From Mobula hypostoma (lineage: Eukaryota): a DNA stretch of 64,000 bases. A program made the translations under genes and the position numbers. The stretch lies in the NCBI RefSeq assembly GCF_963921235.1, contig NC_086097.1, positions 189,164,001 to 189,228,000 on the forward strand, written 5' to 3'. This document shows, piece by piece, positions 10,810 through 25,511 of this stretch. Every line of letters begins with the position of its first letter. Position 1 is the stretch's first letter. Under the pieces are notes generated by a model. The model saw nothing but the letters and a program-made list of their open reading frames with translations, had not been told where the DNA came from and searched no databases.

Positions 10810-11965
10810 TCAATACTGGAGGCCTGTGACTAGTGGTATGCCATAGGGCTGAGTACCAAGTCCATTGTTATCATCTATGTCAATTATCTGGATGATAATG
10901 TGGTGAACTGAATCTGTAGATTTGTGGATGACATCAAAATTAGGGGTATTCTGATCAGTGAGCAAGGCTATCAAAGCTTGCTGCTTGATGTGGACCAGCA
11001 GAGAAAATGGGCTGAGAAATGGCAGATTGAATTTAATGCAGACAAATGTGAGATGTTGCATGTGTGGTAAACTATATATATATGTTGTAACTGGGTTACC
11101 TGTCTGGACACGCCCTTCTGCTGACTGCTCCTGTGGCTCCTTCCACAGAACCCTGAATAAAGGCGATTGCGCCATTGCTCCTCCTTCTCAGTTCAGGGGC
11201 AGATACTCAGCATGATGGAGGTCACATTTTACTGCTACTAAAAGCCTTTCAGTACTTACTCTACTTCTAGTCTTTTGAAGTTATTGATGGTGCATCAGTA
11301 TGGTAGGACACTGAGGCGTGCGGTAAAACAAAGGGAACTGGGAATACAGATTTATAATTCCTCAAAAGTGGCATCACAAGTAGATAGAATTATAAAGAGC
11401 TTTTGGCACCTTGGCCTTCATAAATCAGGGCATTTAGTATCGGAATGTTATGTTGAAATTGTTCAAGACGTTGGTGAGGCTAGGTGTGCAATAATGTGTG
11501 CAGTTCAGCTCATTTATCTACAGGAAATTTACAAGCTGAAAGAATGCAGAGCAAATCTACCAGGGTGTCACTGGCTAAATGGCTCAGGACCTCTTTCCCT
11601 GGAGCACAGGTGGATATGGGGAGATTTTATTGAGGTATGCAAAATTGTGTGGGGTACAGACAAGGTGAATGCACGAGGGCTTTTTATCCCCTGAAGTTGT
11701 GTGAGAATAGAAATAGAGGTTTTAAGGGGGAAAGGTGAAATATTTGAGGTGAATATGAGGGGGAGCTTCTTCACTCAGAGGGTGGTGAGAATATTGAACA
11801 AGCTGCTAGCAGAAGTGGCAGATGGAGGTTCAACTGTAACATTTAAGAGAAGTTTGGATAGGTACATGGATGAAAAGGGGTATGGTGGGCTATGGCCTGG
11901 GTGCAGAGGATAGGACCAGGCAGACCAGGGCAGCAAATAGGCCAAAATGCCCATTTCTATTCTGT
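10810..11965 (+). mobile_element. Decayed CR1-type LINE in CA intron 6
   Basis: CR1 RT/C-terminal remnants (MRGSFFTQRVVRILNKL). Confidence 0.75.
11083..11297 (+). mobile_element. Probable short solo LTR nested in CR1
   Basis: About 215 bp bounded by TGTTGTA...TGCATCA, interrupting the CR1 sequence. No clean TSD is visible. Confidence 0.45.
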
Positions 11966-12435
11966 AAATCTGAAATAAAAACATTAAAGGCTGGAAATAC
12001 TCAGATGCAGTCTGACCTGCTGAGCTTTTCTGGCACTATTAGCAGCTGAAACAAATCTCTTAAATGATGACATAGTTAAATCACTGTGGCACTCTGGGGG
12101 CATGGTTGACAGCACAGCCCAGCATTCTGAGTGGCTTTTAAAAGCTTCTGGTACGCGTGCTCAGTAGAATTATAATGAGATGTTAATTTATTTTAGCTCA
12201 GGTTATTCAGTTGTTTCTTGTGTGTTTGTGTGCCACCCTGAGGTGTGGAATAATCTCCTTCCTTGCCTGTATGTGACTGAGTTGGTTCTCACTGACCGAT
12301 AGCACTCTGTTATTGTTGAGATAAACGAGCTTTTCTCGTCAGTCATCATGGGCCGAATACTCGACACATTAACTTGATTTTATTGTGTCCCTGAGTGAGT
12401 AAGTTTTGCAGACATGATATGTTCTTTATATTCAC

Positions 12436-12591
12436 CTGTTCTTTGCTAATAGGAATAGGTTCCTTAAGCACAATCCAGATGACACTCTCATATAGAGGAG
12501 GAGTTGTCAAGGATCCCAGATAAGTCCAATAACTGAGACTCGATGGCAGCAGAATGCTAGGGTTAAAGTCTTTGAACTCAATTCTTGAACC
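12436..12591 (-). CDS. Carbonic anhydrase coding exon 6 (GSLTTPP, Thr199)
   Basis: TTTAG acceptor and GTGAAT donor; 156 nt; [52 protein letters not shown]. Confidence 0.96.
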
Positions 12592-13519
12592 CTAAAGAAG
12601 GATAATAAATAAAAAGTATATGTAGCTGTAATGAATACCAAAGCAGCAATTTACACAAATTAATAATGCAGTCATTAACAATGCCTCGTGCTTACCAGGT
12701 ATAATTTTTTCAAGGTTTACAAATAACAACCACTGCATGAAGCTAGATGCAGATGCTGAACATATGTAGGTGACTGATCAGTTTTCCCCAAACGCCTTAG
12801 TACACAACTGCATCTTCGACAGGAATGCTTGTAGGTAGCAGATATTGAAAGGCAAGGCAATCCTATTCAAAACACAACAGTGCCTGCTCCTTCATTTAAC
12901 TGTTTGTACCACCCTCAAAGTAGCAATTCTAATCCTATTTTTTCCCCACACATTTCAAAAACACTTAGAAAATTGAAGTTTTTTTCCCCCCCACAGGTTC
13001 ATTTTCCTTTCTGTTATATGTATCAAAGCTTGTAGAAAAGAAACCAATAAGTTCAGTTTGAATGATAAATAGGGACAGGAAAGCATAGTCAAACAAGGCC
13101 TGTCAAGCGCAGAATAAATATAATCACACTAGTTAATGTCCCATTAAGCAACAATCTGCAATGTAAAAACTTTTCAATGGTGCCATTAAGTAACTCTTGC
13201 TCGTCAGTAGACTGTTCATGATGCTGCCCTTCAGTCTGGTCAGAACCATACCCCATAACTGCATTGTTCCAAACCCATGGGAAAAAATGATTCAAATTTC
13301 AGTGAGAAGGTGAATGTGACTGCCTTTCCATCATGGTAACATTTTCATGAGCATCACATCAAGGAGCTCGTAGGACTGAATGCCACAGAAATCAGATCAC
13401 CTTCAAAGTAAAAATAAGGGATTTAGGAGGTCACCCTTCTCAAATTATGAATAGCACTGCATAAATTCCTTGGGATGGTGCCTTAAACCCAACAGAAAAA
13501 TAAGTAACCACCAAGTAGA

Positions 13520-14390
13520 GAACGTGAGATGAAGAGTCCTTGAAAGGGAGTCCATAGGTTGTGGGAAGAGTTCATTGATGGGGTGAGTAAAGTTATCCCC
13601 TCTGGTTCAAGAGCCTGGTGGTTGAGGGGTAGTAACTGTTCCAGATCCTGGTGGTGAGGGTCCCAGGGCTTCTGATGGTAGTGAGAGGAGAGCATGGCCT
13701 GTGTGGTGGGGGTTCCTTGATAATGGATGCTGCTTTGTGTAGATGTGCCCAATGGTGAGAAGTGCTTTACCTATGATGGACTGGGCCGTATCCACTACTC
13801 TATGTAGAATTTTCTGTTCAAGGGGATTGGCATTTTCATACCAGGCCATGATACAACCAGTGAATATATTTTCACACATATCTATAGCAGTTTGTCAAAG
13901 TTTTAGATGTTATACTGAATCTTTGCAAACTTCTAAAGTAGAGGCGCTGCCATGTTTTCTTCGCAAATGCACTTGCGTGTTGGGCCGAGGACAGGCCCTC
14001 TGAAATAATAATGCCAAGGAATTGTATCTCTGGTTTCCTTCTCCTGAAAGTCAGTAATCAGGTCCTTGGACTTGCTGACATTGAATGAGAAGTTGCTGTT
14101 GTTGCACCACTCAGCCAGATTTTCAATCTCCCTCCTAAATGCTGATTTGTCACCACTTTTTATTTACCCTACGACAATGGAGTCATCAGCAAACTGAACT
14201 ATGATGTTGGAGCTGTGTTTAGCCTTACAGTCATAAGTATAAGCGATTAGAGCAGGGGGCTAAGACCTGTCCTGGTGATTGTGGAGGAGATGTTGTTGCT
14301 AGTCTGAACTGACTGGGGTCTGCAAGTGAGGAAAATGAGGATCCAATTGCACAAGAAGATTGAAGCCAAGGGTCTTAAAGATCTAATGAA
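13520..14390 (-). mobile_element. Decayed Rex/Babar-type LINE 3' fragment
   Basis: ENIFTGCIMAWY...LHRVVDTAQSIIG...HHTGHALLSL, similar to the C-terminus of the element at 40390-42654. Confidence 0.7.
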
Positions 14391-15680
14391 CATGGATGAA
14401 ATGTATATACGCCACTGTCTACAAGTTCTGCTCACCCAACGATCCATCTTGGATAAAAGTTGGCATTCTTTTTTTGTTGTGTTTAAATGCTCTAAAGAAC
14501 CACTACCAAAATAGCACCTTGAAAATGTACAACAGCATCACTTCAGAAAGTGAAAGAGGGATGGGAGTAAATACTGGCTGTGGCATGTAGCAAAATCTAA
14601 GAATATATTAAAGACGCACATGTTAAATGGTTAGTTTCTACTCAGTGTGGACACTAATTTAATGCAAATTTAATTAAGGTCAAAATGCATGTAATTACAA
14701 TGAGATATGAAGAACTGTGGGCCCTAGTCCACTTATTCCAGTCATTCTTAATAGGAGAGTGTTAAAAAGCAGGAAATGTTGAGTGGTAGCACAATATGAA
14801 GTTAAGACATCAAACTATCATAAAGAGAGAGATCTGAGTGCAAAGTAACTTTCACACCCCCATATGCTATTTAATAGTTACACATATGCAAGATATCCAA
14901 GACAAGGCTATTTTCTTTACAAAAAGACTGCTGGGTACCAAATGTCACCAACATACAAACTAGCTCCAGACTTGAATTAAAGATTGTTGAAGATAATAAA
15001 AATTGGAATATTCAGAATAAGCGAATAACTGAAATAGAACTAAATTGGAATGTGTTCTGATGGAGACCTCTGCTTCTTGGGGATCTACTAAAAATGCAAC
15101 ACACATGCTAGATACAAAGTGCTATTGTGGGATATGCAAATGTAGTGCATTTCCCCACTGATTTAACAAGGGTTGTTGTCCAAACATCCTAAACTCATAA
15201 ATACAAGGACATGTGGACAATCTGACAAATGTTAATTTTTTAAATCTGAAGATAAGACATAATAGGTCCTTCTGGCCCAACAAGCTGTCTCACCCAATCA
15301 CACCCATGTGACCAATTAACCTACTCACTATTACGTGGGAGGAAACCAGAGCAAGAAACCCATGTGCTCACAGGGAGAGCATGCAAACTCCTTACAGACA
15401 GTGCTGGCAATGAAACCCAATGGCAGGCACTGTAATAGCGTTACACTAACCGCTATGCTACTACGCTGCACAGTTAATTAGTTGTTCATACACAAAGCAT
15501 GATTTCAATCCTTAACCAGCATTATGCCAGATTTCACCTTTGCATAGAATAAACGGTTACCACAAGGGCAAGTCTTCACTTGGTCTTGAACAATTGGATT
15601 GTAATAATAGAATTAAGCAGGTGTCAATTTACATTTACATTAATACATCTGAAAGTTGTACAAAATAGGATTCAATGTAC

Positions 15681-15743
15681 CTTCATTTTGACAGTCTCCA
15701 GCGAACTAATAACTCTTTGCAGGGCCGGATTTTCATCTGATAC
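15681..15743 (-). CDS. Carbonic anhydrase coding exon 5
   Basis: TTTCAG acceptor and GTAC donor; 63 nt; VSDENPALQRVISSLETVKMK. Confidence 0.92.
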
Positions 15744-17109
15744 CTGAAATTTACAAAAGATATTTGATCAGACAACTACCCATCATGATTCCTGTGGTGA
15801 TTCAGTTCACACCTCAGAGAAGCTACATCACCAAGGAAAGAATACCACTACCATTAGGCCACGTTTCATTACTTAGCCAGTTTAATTTGCCCTTGCTTAC
15901 AGCAGATACTATATGCTTTTTTAAAAAAAAACTTTCAAAGGTTATTCTTGAAACTTGGTATGTTTCTAAACAATTGTTATAATAGTGCCTGGTATTATTG
16001 AGCTCAGATGATGGTTGCTCACATGACAATGTACTAAGGAATGCTCACAAGTTGAATGAAAAGTTTAAAATGAACTCCATGAAAGAAACAATTTTGCTGT
16101 GTAACTGAGGCAAATTTCAGGCAAATTTACTTACAATCAGTATATAATGTAATTACAAATAGGCCATTGAAAATCTACAAGTTTCAACATTTCAATTCAG
16201 AGCATTTAATTTTAAAAAAAAACTTGCAAGGGAAAAGAGTCACAGAGCGGGCATTCAGAGTGCCTGGTTCTAGATTCCCATAAGCTGAATGTGGGTTTTG
16301 CTAAGTTTCTGTGGTGGTGATGGAGAACCAGGGAACTCTAAGTCAGATGTAATTGCAATGAAAAATGACAATAGATGTGTTGTTCAGGCTGGTGGGTCTC
16401 CACAGCATCAAGGAGGTCAACTGCTTTTTTTTAATAAAAACCTTGAGCTTCCTAGCACCAAGAGAAACTGATTTATTAGAGTTGCTGTAAAATAGTTCCT
16501 GTACTGCATCCTAGCAATGTACTACCATATATGTACAAATGATATATATATAGCTGTATGATGCAAATGAACAAAATTCCTAAAGCAGTATTACAAAACT
16601 GTCTTGTATCCTAGCTGAATAATTTTCGGTAGAGTGGGTCAGATTCCAATGTCTCCAAGTAAAATAATGAAGTAGGTTTCGAAGTAAAAGTCAAGGAACC
16701 ACAGAGGAAGGAATATTTAAGTAAACAAAAGTTACAGTCTGAAACTTTCTAATTCAGTGAGTGTAAGTGGATTCAAAAGCAGCATTTGCAAGAACTAGGT
16801 AATCACAGAAGGAAAACACCGGGTTTTGAGGAAAGCAGGGCTAGTGGGAGGTTTCATATTGCTCTACCAACTAACAGGTACAAGCAATATTCTAAATGGA
16901 TGCCTGTGCTTTGGCATTCAATGAATCTAACCAATTACTAAAGTTGAAACTAATTAATTAACTCAGTTTATCTGAGAAAGGTTTACATTTGCTTCAATAT
17001 TAAAGGATAATGAGATATATTAATGTTCTCGATTTCTGAGTGTTCAGTTTGGTCAGGCATCTTGCAATTATGAAGAATGTATGGCAGCACCTCTACTTCC
17101 TTTGAAATT

Positions 17110-17740
17110 TGCAAAGATTTCGCATGACATCTAAAACTTTGACAAACTTCTATAGATGTGTGGTGGACTGTGTATTGATTGGTTGCATCATAGCCTGTTC
17201 TGGAAACACCAAAGCCGCTGAATGCAAAATCCTACAATAAATAGTAGATATAGCCCAGTCTATCATGGGTAAAGCCCTCCCCACCAATGAGCACATCTAC
17301 AAGGAGCACTGTCACAGGAGGCATTCATCATCGGCAAACCCCGCCACCCAGGCCATGCTCTTTTCCCACTGCTGCTATCAAGGAAGCGGTACAGAAGCCT
17401 CAGGGTTTATACCACCAGGCTCAGGAACAGTTATTACACCTCAGTCATCAGGCTCTTGAACCATCGGGACAAATTCACATGCCCCTTCACTGAACTGTTC
17501 CCACAACTAATGGATTCACTTTCAAGGACTATCTCATGTTTGATACCTATTGCTTATTTTTTTTTCTTCAGTGTTTGCAGAGTTTGTTCTCTTTTGCACA
17601 TTGTCTGCTTCTCTGTCCTGTTGGGTATGGTCTTTCATTAATACTATTATGGTTCTTGGATTTACTGAGTATGCCCACAAGAAAACCAATCTCAGAGTTG
17701 TATATGGTGACATACTGTACATGTACTTTGAACTTTGAAA
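17110..17740 (+). mobile_element. Rex/Babar-type LINE 3' fragment
   Basis: Similar to 13520-14390 in the opposite orientation; ends in a short ACTTTGA repeat tail. Confidence 0.7.
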
Positions 17741-18376
17741 CTGTGATGTTAAACTACTTCAATTTTTGGTAAGTATAAGGCAGGGTCAACTGGTACTGCA
17801 CAACTCCACTTCAAAAATCAAATCAGAAAAATGGCAGGTGCATTATGTTAAATTCATAACATTTTCCAAGTTATTGGAATAGTTTCCAAATATGCACTGG
17901 ATGAGTGTGATAACAATCTTGTTATGGAACACATGCTTATTGTTTGAGAACACAATTTGCCTGCTGTCTTTGCAAAATACCACCTAGTTGCTGTATCTGT
18001 ATCCATTTCCTGTTTGTAGTCTTTTGTGGATCTGTCACAAGTTCATATAGTAAAGACTATTAACCTTTGTTGACCTTTGTTATTTCTGCATTGGTAGTTG
18101 ATTATAGCAAATCTAAGGCGGTACGTAGATAATAACAAGTGCAGAAAACTTCCAAATGAATGCAGCAATCATCAAAACAGCCACAATATTCAAATCTATA
18201 GAAATACTGTACATTGAACAGTGTTTAACAAGCGACTGACACACTAACTTCCGTAAATCTAATTTCACCCCATGTGGAATTCTACACAGTATAGAAATTC
18301 CTTGTTTTTGGAAAAAAAAAGTGTTGGCTTTTTAAAAATTTAATATAAAGATAGCATATCGAATATTCATTTGTAC

Positions 18377-18472
18377 CTTTACGAAGACACCAATTACAGC
18401 CAAGCCATCAGGTTCTTTAGCAGCCACTTCAAAACTGGGATATTTTTCTGCATTCCAGTGTACCAAGTGAAG
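18377..18472 (-). CDS. Carbonic anhydrase coding exon 4 (Zn ligand His119)
   Basis: CAG acceptor and GTAC donor; 96 nt; [32 protein letters not shown], also visible inside ORF 18332..18556. Confidence 0.96.
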
Positions 18473-20156
18473 CTGCAAATAGAGCAACAGACTTAGTTGA
18501 AACTTGCTTCTGGCAAGTACATTAAAGAAAAGTAAGAATTCATACTTTTCAATCACAATGTGCTCAATCTTGCTCGAGCATGTTTGATGACGATACCCCA
18601 GCTAGGGCTGAGCTATTGGCAGGTTGAGTGACTAAACCTTACTCAGATATAATGGTGCTGAAAATTCATCATCAGGGCCAATTTACGAAGACACATGTTA
18701 AATCACACAATCACACTGTTCATTTATACTTTCATTTTGGTGGCTTATCAAATATAGCATTGCTACAGGAATAAACATTTCAGGTCTATGTCTTTTCATC
18801 ATAAGTGGACTTCTGAGATGAAGACCAAAATAAATAGAAGCAAGGGAAAGAAAAAAGTGTGATGAAGGGTCAAGATTAATTGCTTAAAGATAAAAAGACT
18901 AACGTGGCTCCATATGAAATGGTTACTGCGGGATAGCGGAAGGGAAAGGAAGCGACTCACCTTTCTTCTGCCATTTTCCTAGACCATAAAGACAATTTCT
19001 TTGCCAGAGTTACAACATTTTCTCATTCTCACCGCTTAAATGTGACTTGTACCATCATCCTACCACTTTCTCTTGCCTTGGCTCTAACTTCATTCACTAA
19101 CAAAATTGCTTGATCTGATTAATGTTTCCAGCATGTTTTAATATTAATCCAGACTTCCAATACCCAAAGCCTTTTGCTTTGACCTCCTCTTAGATTTGAC
19201 TTGTGTTTGCAATACAAGTTACTCCAAGTCTGGCACTAACTAGTCCCTTAGGTTTCAGTATACCCTTAGTTGTTGTTTTTTCTTTTGAGTACTGACTGTT
19301 ATGGAGGAAATATATACACACTGAGGATTATTTACTCAAAAAATGATTTAGTCGCTGTGAAATTCCAGGCTGAGCTTTTAATATATATTAGCACCAAACA
19401 CAGGAGGGATTTACTCAATTCATACAGAAACTGCACATTTTGTCAGTCACTATTAAGAGGAGAGTTACACTGGATGCCTGGTTTTTTGAAATTCTTAAGA
19501 TACCCTGATCCTTTAGAAAATCATTTTATCTTACCAAAATTATCTTCAAAAGGTTAACCCAAATATAAACAGCCAAGGTATGGCAGAAATATTCAATGCA
19601 TATCTCAAAATATATTTATATATTTTATCGAAAGGTTCTTTCTTAATCTCAGACACTAAACAGCTTGTCAAAAAGAAGAAACATGAAAACTGAGCAGAAA
19701 GGAAATAGAAATTACAAGAGAATAAACATGTTCCCTTTCTCTGGTGTCTTCTTAACTATTTTTTATAAAATTCTTCCATATTACATCTTCAATTTAATCA
19801 GCTTGTGTTTGAGCAATTATTATAAAGGTCAGAATATGGTCTTGCTTTCCCTAGAGTCAGTGTTCTCATGCAATCCAACAGCAAAATTAGCCCCAAGTAC
19901 AACTTACAATATCCACGAACAAACATGATTTTGTCATATTAACATATTCATGAAGGACCCTTGTAATTCTCAGCCAAACATATCCATTTTTTTAAAAAAA
20001 CTTTGATTAGTTTGGCAAATACTGCCTTTCACTTTAATATTTGTATTTGCAGCTAGCATTTTTAGCAAAGCTCAACTCCTTCATTTCTTGTACTAATCAG
20101 AGGCACCAAAAAACCTCCCATTTTTCCTACAAACACAAGCATTTAGGCATACTTAC

Positions 20157-20275
20157 CTCTGCAGAATAAGGTTTTCCATCTATTATATGTTCACTGCCAC
20201 GCTCATCACAAGCTCCCCAGTGCAAGTGGAACTGGCGTAGCCGATATTTACCACTAATGGGGCCACCTGACAGTA
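20157..20275 (-). CDS. Carbonic anhydrase coding exon 3 (Zn ligands His94/His96, Glu106)
   Basis: CAG acceptor and GTAAGT donor; 119 nt; [40 protein letters not shown]. Confidence 0.96.
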
Positions 20276-21056
20276 CTGAAGTAACAGAGGAATTAGTATT
20301 AACAAGGTAACCAAATAAAAAAACATTACAATATATCTGTAATTAATTCTATCATATTGAAGAATGTATCTTCTGAATAAAAGTATGATATATCCAAATT
20401 TATAGTTTTTTAAAAACATGAGTCAATGGCTCCAGGTGCTTCATGGGAAATTCATCAAATAAAATTTGACACCAAGGACAACAATTTTAGTGTGGCGGTA
20501 ACGCACCATTAAGCTGGATGCCAACAGCCGTAAAACAAGATACAGACAGACAGAACAATTTTAGTGGAGACTCAAACAAGAGAAGGAGGTCTGCAAAGAG
20601 GTTTAAGGGAGGAACTCCGGAAGTGATGTATTTGGCATCCAATGACAACCTCCAATGGAGATGGATTAGATTCAGGAGTGTTTACAAGGCCAGATGGAGG
20701 TGAATGGCACACTCGGATATCTGAAAGTAATGTTAAAGATAAGGAGCATGATAATGGAAGGATATGAAAAGGACAATTTAAATTACATTTGGTTGGAAGC
20801 CAAGTCACATGGAGCACAGAGGTGAAGATGCATGGAACATGTGAAAGTTAAAGCCTGAGCAGCAGTTTTGGATAACCTAGAGTTAGGGGCACATAGTACA
20901 GAAAAAGGTCATTAGGACCATGTCAACCGTCAAGTACCCACCTGCACAATCCTGTTTATAGCCACTTAGTCCATTGCCAGTCATGCCTTGGCAATTCAGG
21001 TTTTTGTACAGATACTACTTAAATGTAATGACTACTTGCCTCTAATACTTTCTCAG

Positions 21057-24000
21057 GAACATAGAATAGTACAGCACACAAATAGGCCTTTCAGCCAACA
21101 ATATTGTGTTGATCAAATTAAATTATAATCAAATGGACAACCGAACTAATCTCCTCTGTCTATACAATATACATATGGTTCAATGTTCCCTCATTCATGT
21201 ATCTATCTAAATGTCTCCGAGAAGCTTCTACCACCACTCCAGGCACCCACCTCTAAATAAAAATACTTGTCCTTCACATCTCCTTTGAAATTACCCCCTC
21301 TCACCTTAAATGCATGCCCTTTTATATTAGACATTTCAACCCTGCGAGAAAGATGCTGCCTGTCTGGGGAACACACAAAATTCTGGAGGAACTCAGCAGC
21401 TCAGGCAGCACCTAGGAAGAGGAATAAACAGTCGATATTTCAGGCTGAGGCCCTGCCTGTCTACTGTCTATGCCTCTCATAATCTTATAAACCTCTATCA
21501 GATCTTTCCTCAAAATCTGCCACTCAGGAGTAAGCAACCAAAGTCTGTCCAACTTCTTGTTGTAGCACATGCCCTCTAATCCAAGTAGCATCCTGGTAAA
21601 ACTCTTCTGCACACTCTCCAAAGCCTTCCTATAGCAGGGCAGCCAGAATTGTATGCAATACTCCAGATGCAGTATAACTAGAATTTTATAAAAATGCAAT
21701 GTAACTTATTGACTTTTGAGTTCAATGCTTCGACTAATAAAGTCAAGCACGCCATACGCCTTCTTAACCCGTGTAGCCACGTTCAGGGAACTATGAACTT
21801 GGATCTGAAGATCCCTCTGCTCATCCACACCCTTAATAGTGTACTCTCTTTACATTTGACCTACCAAGATGCAACACTTTACATTTGCCTGGGTTAAAAT
21901 CCATTTGCAATTTCCCAGCCATATCTTCAACTGATCTATATCCCACTGTATATGACAGTCCTCTACTCTATCCACAACACCACCGATTTTCATATCATCT
22001 GCAAACTGACTAACCCAACCATCTACATTTATATCCAGGTCATGTATATATACATCAGACAGCAGAAGTCCTGGTACAGATCCTTGCAGAACACCACTAA
22101 ACACAGACCCCCAGCTACAACAAGTTCCTTCAATCACTACCCTCTGTCTTCTACAGGCAAGCCAGTTCTGAATCCAAACAGCCAATTCACCATGGATCCC
22201 ACACATCTTAATCTTCTGGATGAGTCTCCCGTGAGGGAGCTTTTCAACCACCTTAGGGCAACATTCATGTAGACAACATCCACAGCTTTGCCAGCAAGTG
22301 AGTAATAAACTGAAGGGGAAGCGCTCTCTTAGCTTGCTGTAGACTTCGACCGGTTATTGTTTCAGGGAGATGGTTATCTCGGCACAGTTGCTCCACAATC
22401 AGCTCATTTCTGTAATGGTCCAACTGCGGACTGCCATTATCAATCACCCTCATCACCTCGTCAAAAAACTCAACCAACACCTGCCCTGCACAAAGTCATG
22501 CTGGCTCTTCTTAATTAGGCCACGATTCTCCAAAGGTTCACAAATCCCTTCCCTGATAATTCTCTCCAGTAGCTTTGGCTAATGAGACTCACCAGTCTAC
22601 AGTTTCCAGGATTAGCCCTGGTTCCTTTCTTGAATAATGAAACAGCACAAGATACTCACCAGTCCTCTGGGACCTCACCTGTGGCTGGAGAGGACACAAA
22701 AATATTGGTCAAGGCCCCAGCAATCTCCCATGTCAGACATGGACTTTCTCCAAAAACAGCTGTTCTCAATTAACTCTCCCTAGTTCCTACCTAATGTTCA
22801 CATAATTTGCCCTGCCCTAGTTCAATACTCTCACATAGGGTCTATACTTATCCTCATCTATAACTATCTTAAAACATAGGGAGTTGTGTTCAATGTTCCC
22901 CAACTTTTCATCCACTGAAGGGTTGGTCACCTGGCTAGGCTCATTATCCAACACCAGACCAAGTAGAGCCCCTCTCGTGTTGGACTATCTACATATTGAT
23001 TTAAGAAACCCTCCTGGATGCCCCTAACAAATTCTGTCCCATCTCAACCTCTTGTACTTACACTCAGAAGGTCCCAATTTACACAAGGAAAGTTAAGTTC
23101 TCCATGACAACAGCCTTATTGTCTTTACACCTTTCCTTAATCTTCCTGCATATCTGTTCTTCAATGTTGTGGTGGCTATTAGATGGTCTGCAGCACAATA
23201 CCATCTGAGTGATTACACCTTTCCCATTTGAGTTCCACCCATACAGACTGAGTGGATAAGCCCTCCATTATGTTCCCCCTGAGTGCAGCTGATATTGTCC
23301 CTGATTAGTAATGTAACTTCCTCACCTCTTACCTCCCTCTCTACCTTTTGTAAGAGATCTAAACCCTGGGACAGTAAGCATCCATTCCTGTCCCCCTCCC
23401 AATACAATGTCTGTAATGGCCACAGTATCATAGTTGTATGTATTGATCCATGTTGTAAGTTCATCACCTTTACCCATAATACTCCTAGCATTAACATACA
23501 CACACTTGAAACTCTGTCCTATTGTATCTATTCCTTGAGAGTATTCTGCAGCCGCTCTGAGACGTTCTTAATGCCAGCACCTGGGAGCCAACACCATCCT
23601 GGTGTTTCTTTTGTGGCCAAAGAATCCCCTGTTCATCCCCCTAACCTCCCAGGGTGGCACAGTTGTGTAGTGGCTAGCACAATGCATTAGCAACCCAGCG
23701 TGGCTCAAAGGACTAGTACAGCCTGCTCCATGCTGCATAGCAATTGATAAATAAATAATTGTTTTGTTTTCTATCACGATCATTCTACCTGACATTACCC
23801 TTCCCTGCTGAGCCTCAGAGTTGACCACAGTTCCACTGGCCTGGCTGCTACACTGATAGGTCACCCTGCACCCCCCAGCAGTATCCAAAGGGCTATACTT
23901 GATGCTGAGGGGAATGGCCACAGGGAAAACCTGCACTTACCACTTACTCTGCTTATTTCTCTTTCTTATTTCCCATCTGTCACCTGAAGCCTACATGCTG

Positions 24001-24480
24001 GGTGTGACCAATTCAGTAAAAGTTTCATCTGTAAGGTTTTCAGCCACTTGGGTAGACCCGAGTACTTTCAGCTCCAGTTCCTTGACCTTGAAGTCAGGAG
24101 TTGAAGTCAGGTGCACTTTCTGCAGGTGTAGTCATCATCCTGAAAGCTCACTCCTTACAGGAAGAGAGTTCTACTGCCCTAACTGCCATCTTGCCCACAC
24201 TGAATTGGGGTCTAGGGACTTGCAGACAACAAAAAAGCTCACCTAGTCTTAACTACGCCTGCTCCCCGAAACCTGCGAGTTTCACACCCACCTAGGTCAC
24301 TTACTCAGCCTCTTCTTGCTCAGCTTCTTATACTTTTAGCTCTAGCTTCTCAACCTTAAGTGCTACAATCAAAAATAAATGATAATTGACTCAGAAGCAC
24401 CTTTAGCCTCCGCTTGTTCTTGCCGAAGCCTATTGAGCCAAAGCCGCCAGCTCCAAAAATAGCCCGCTCTGCGTACACCT
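21057..24480 (-). mobile_element. Long decayed CR1-type LINE in CA intron 2 (ORF1 and ORF2 remnants)
   Basis: RT remnants (KLPHGRLIQK, QGSVPG, FADD, LEYCIQFW), with endonuclease- and ORF1-like remnants upstream. Contains small nested insertions, including a PLE 3' fragment near 21369-21454. Confidence 0.75.
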
Positions 24481-25511
24481 CCCTTCCATTTACTGGCTCA
24501 AATAAAAATAAAAAACAAAACAAAAAGTGTTCCAGACTTTACCACCATCTAGGCAAAAATTATTCTTTGTCCGATCTCCTGCAAATCTCTTGTTTTAAAA
24601 TCAATGGCCTCTGGGCTTGGATACCTCTGCCATGGGACCATTTTACTTACTACCTACATTATAGATTCATCTTGTTTTGTATTTTTATTGGGGTTCCCCA
24701 ACCTCCCACCCCCACCTTCAGCCTTGTCAATTCCACAGGAACAATCCCTTGCAATTACTCCTCAGAACTGAAACGTTCAACTTCAGGCAACAACCTGGTC
24801 AAACTCTTCTCCATCCGCGCTACCACATCCTTCCAACACTCTGGTCTTCTGAAGTCCTCTATTCCAATCTCCCTCAGCATAAGTAGTGGTTGGGTTGAGA
24901 ATGTAGATTGGCTAGGGTTGTGACCAAGCAGTAGAGGGGAAGCAACAGGGAACTTTAAAGCAGATATGTTATAATTTTGCCGGGCACGCTAACTTTGTTT
25001 AGTATGAGTGCTTTTTTTTATTGGTTGCAAACAGAGTTACGATTGGGACAAATCAATTACATATTCAACTTCAAACTCAATTATGTTTCTTTTAGCAACT
25101 GCTGCAACGATCCGAGCGGTTTTCTTTGTTCACCCAAAGCAACTTTTCAACTCTTCTGGGATTCTTTGCAGTCCTACAGAATTGCAGGTAGACCCTATCA
25201 AAATCGGACTTCATAATCACTATTCACGCCGTTAACCGCTCGCTACATTTCCGCCCTCAATCATTACGAATGAAGCAAAGATTGGTTTAGTGCTTTCACT
25301 GCCCGACTTTAAATACAGCAGCAGTTAGAAACTGTCCGCCAACGTGCTCTTTATTGTGAAATGTACAGCAGGATAGAGTTAAACCTGAACGCGCATTTCA
25401 CGTCTTTCCCGAATCTAAGACAGCAGCATACAATCTGACGCATTCTCGGTAACGGTCATTTATAACAAGGTTCGAGTAGCATTCCCATACAACCACAACA
25501 TCTTTACTAAC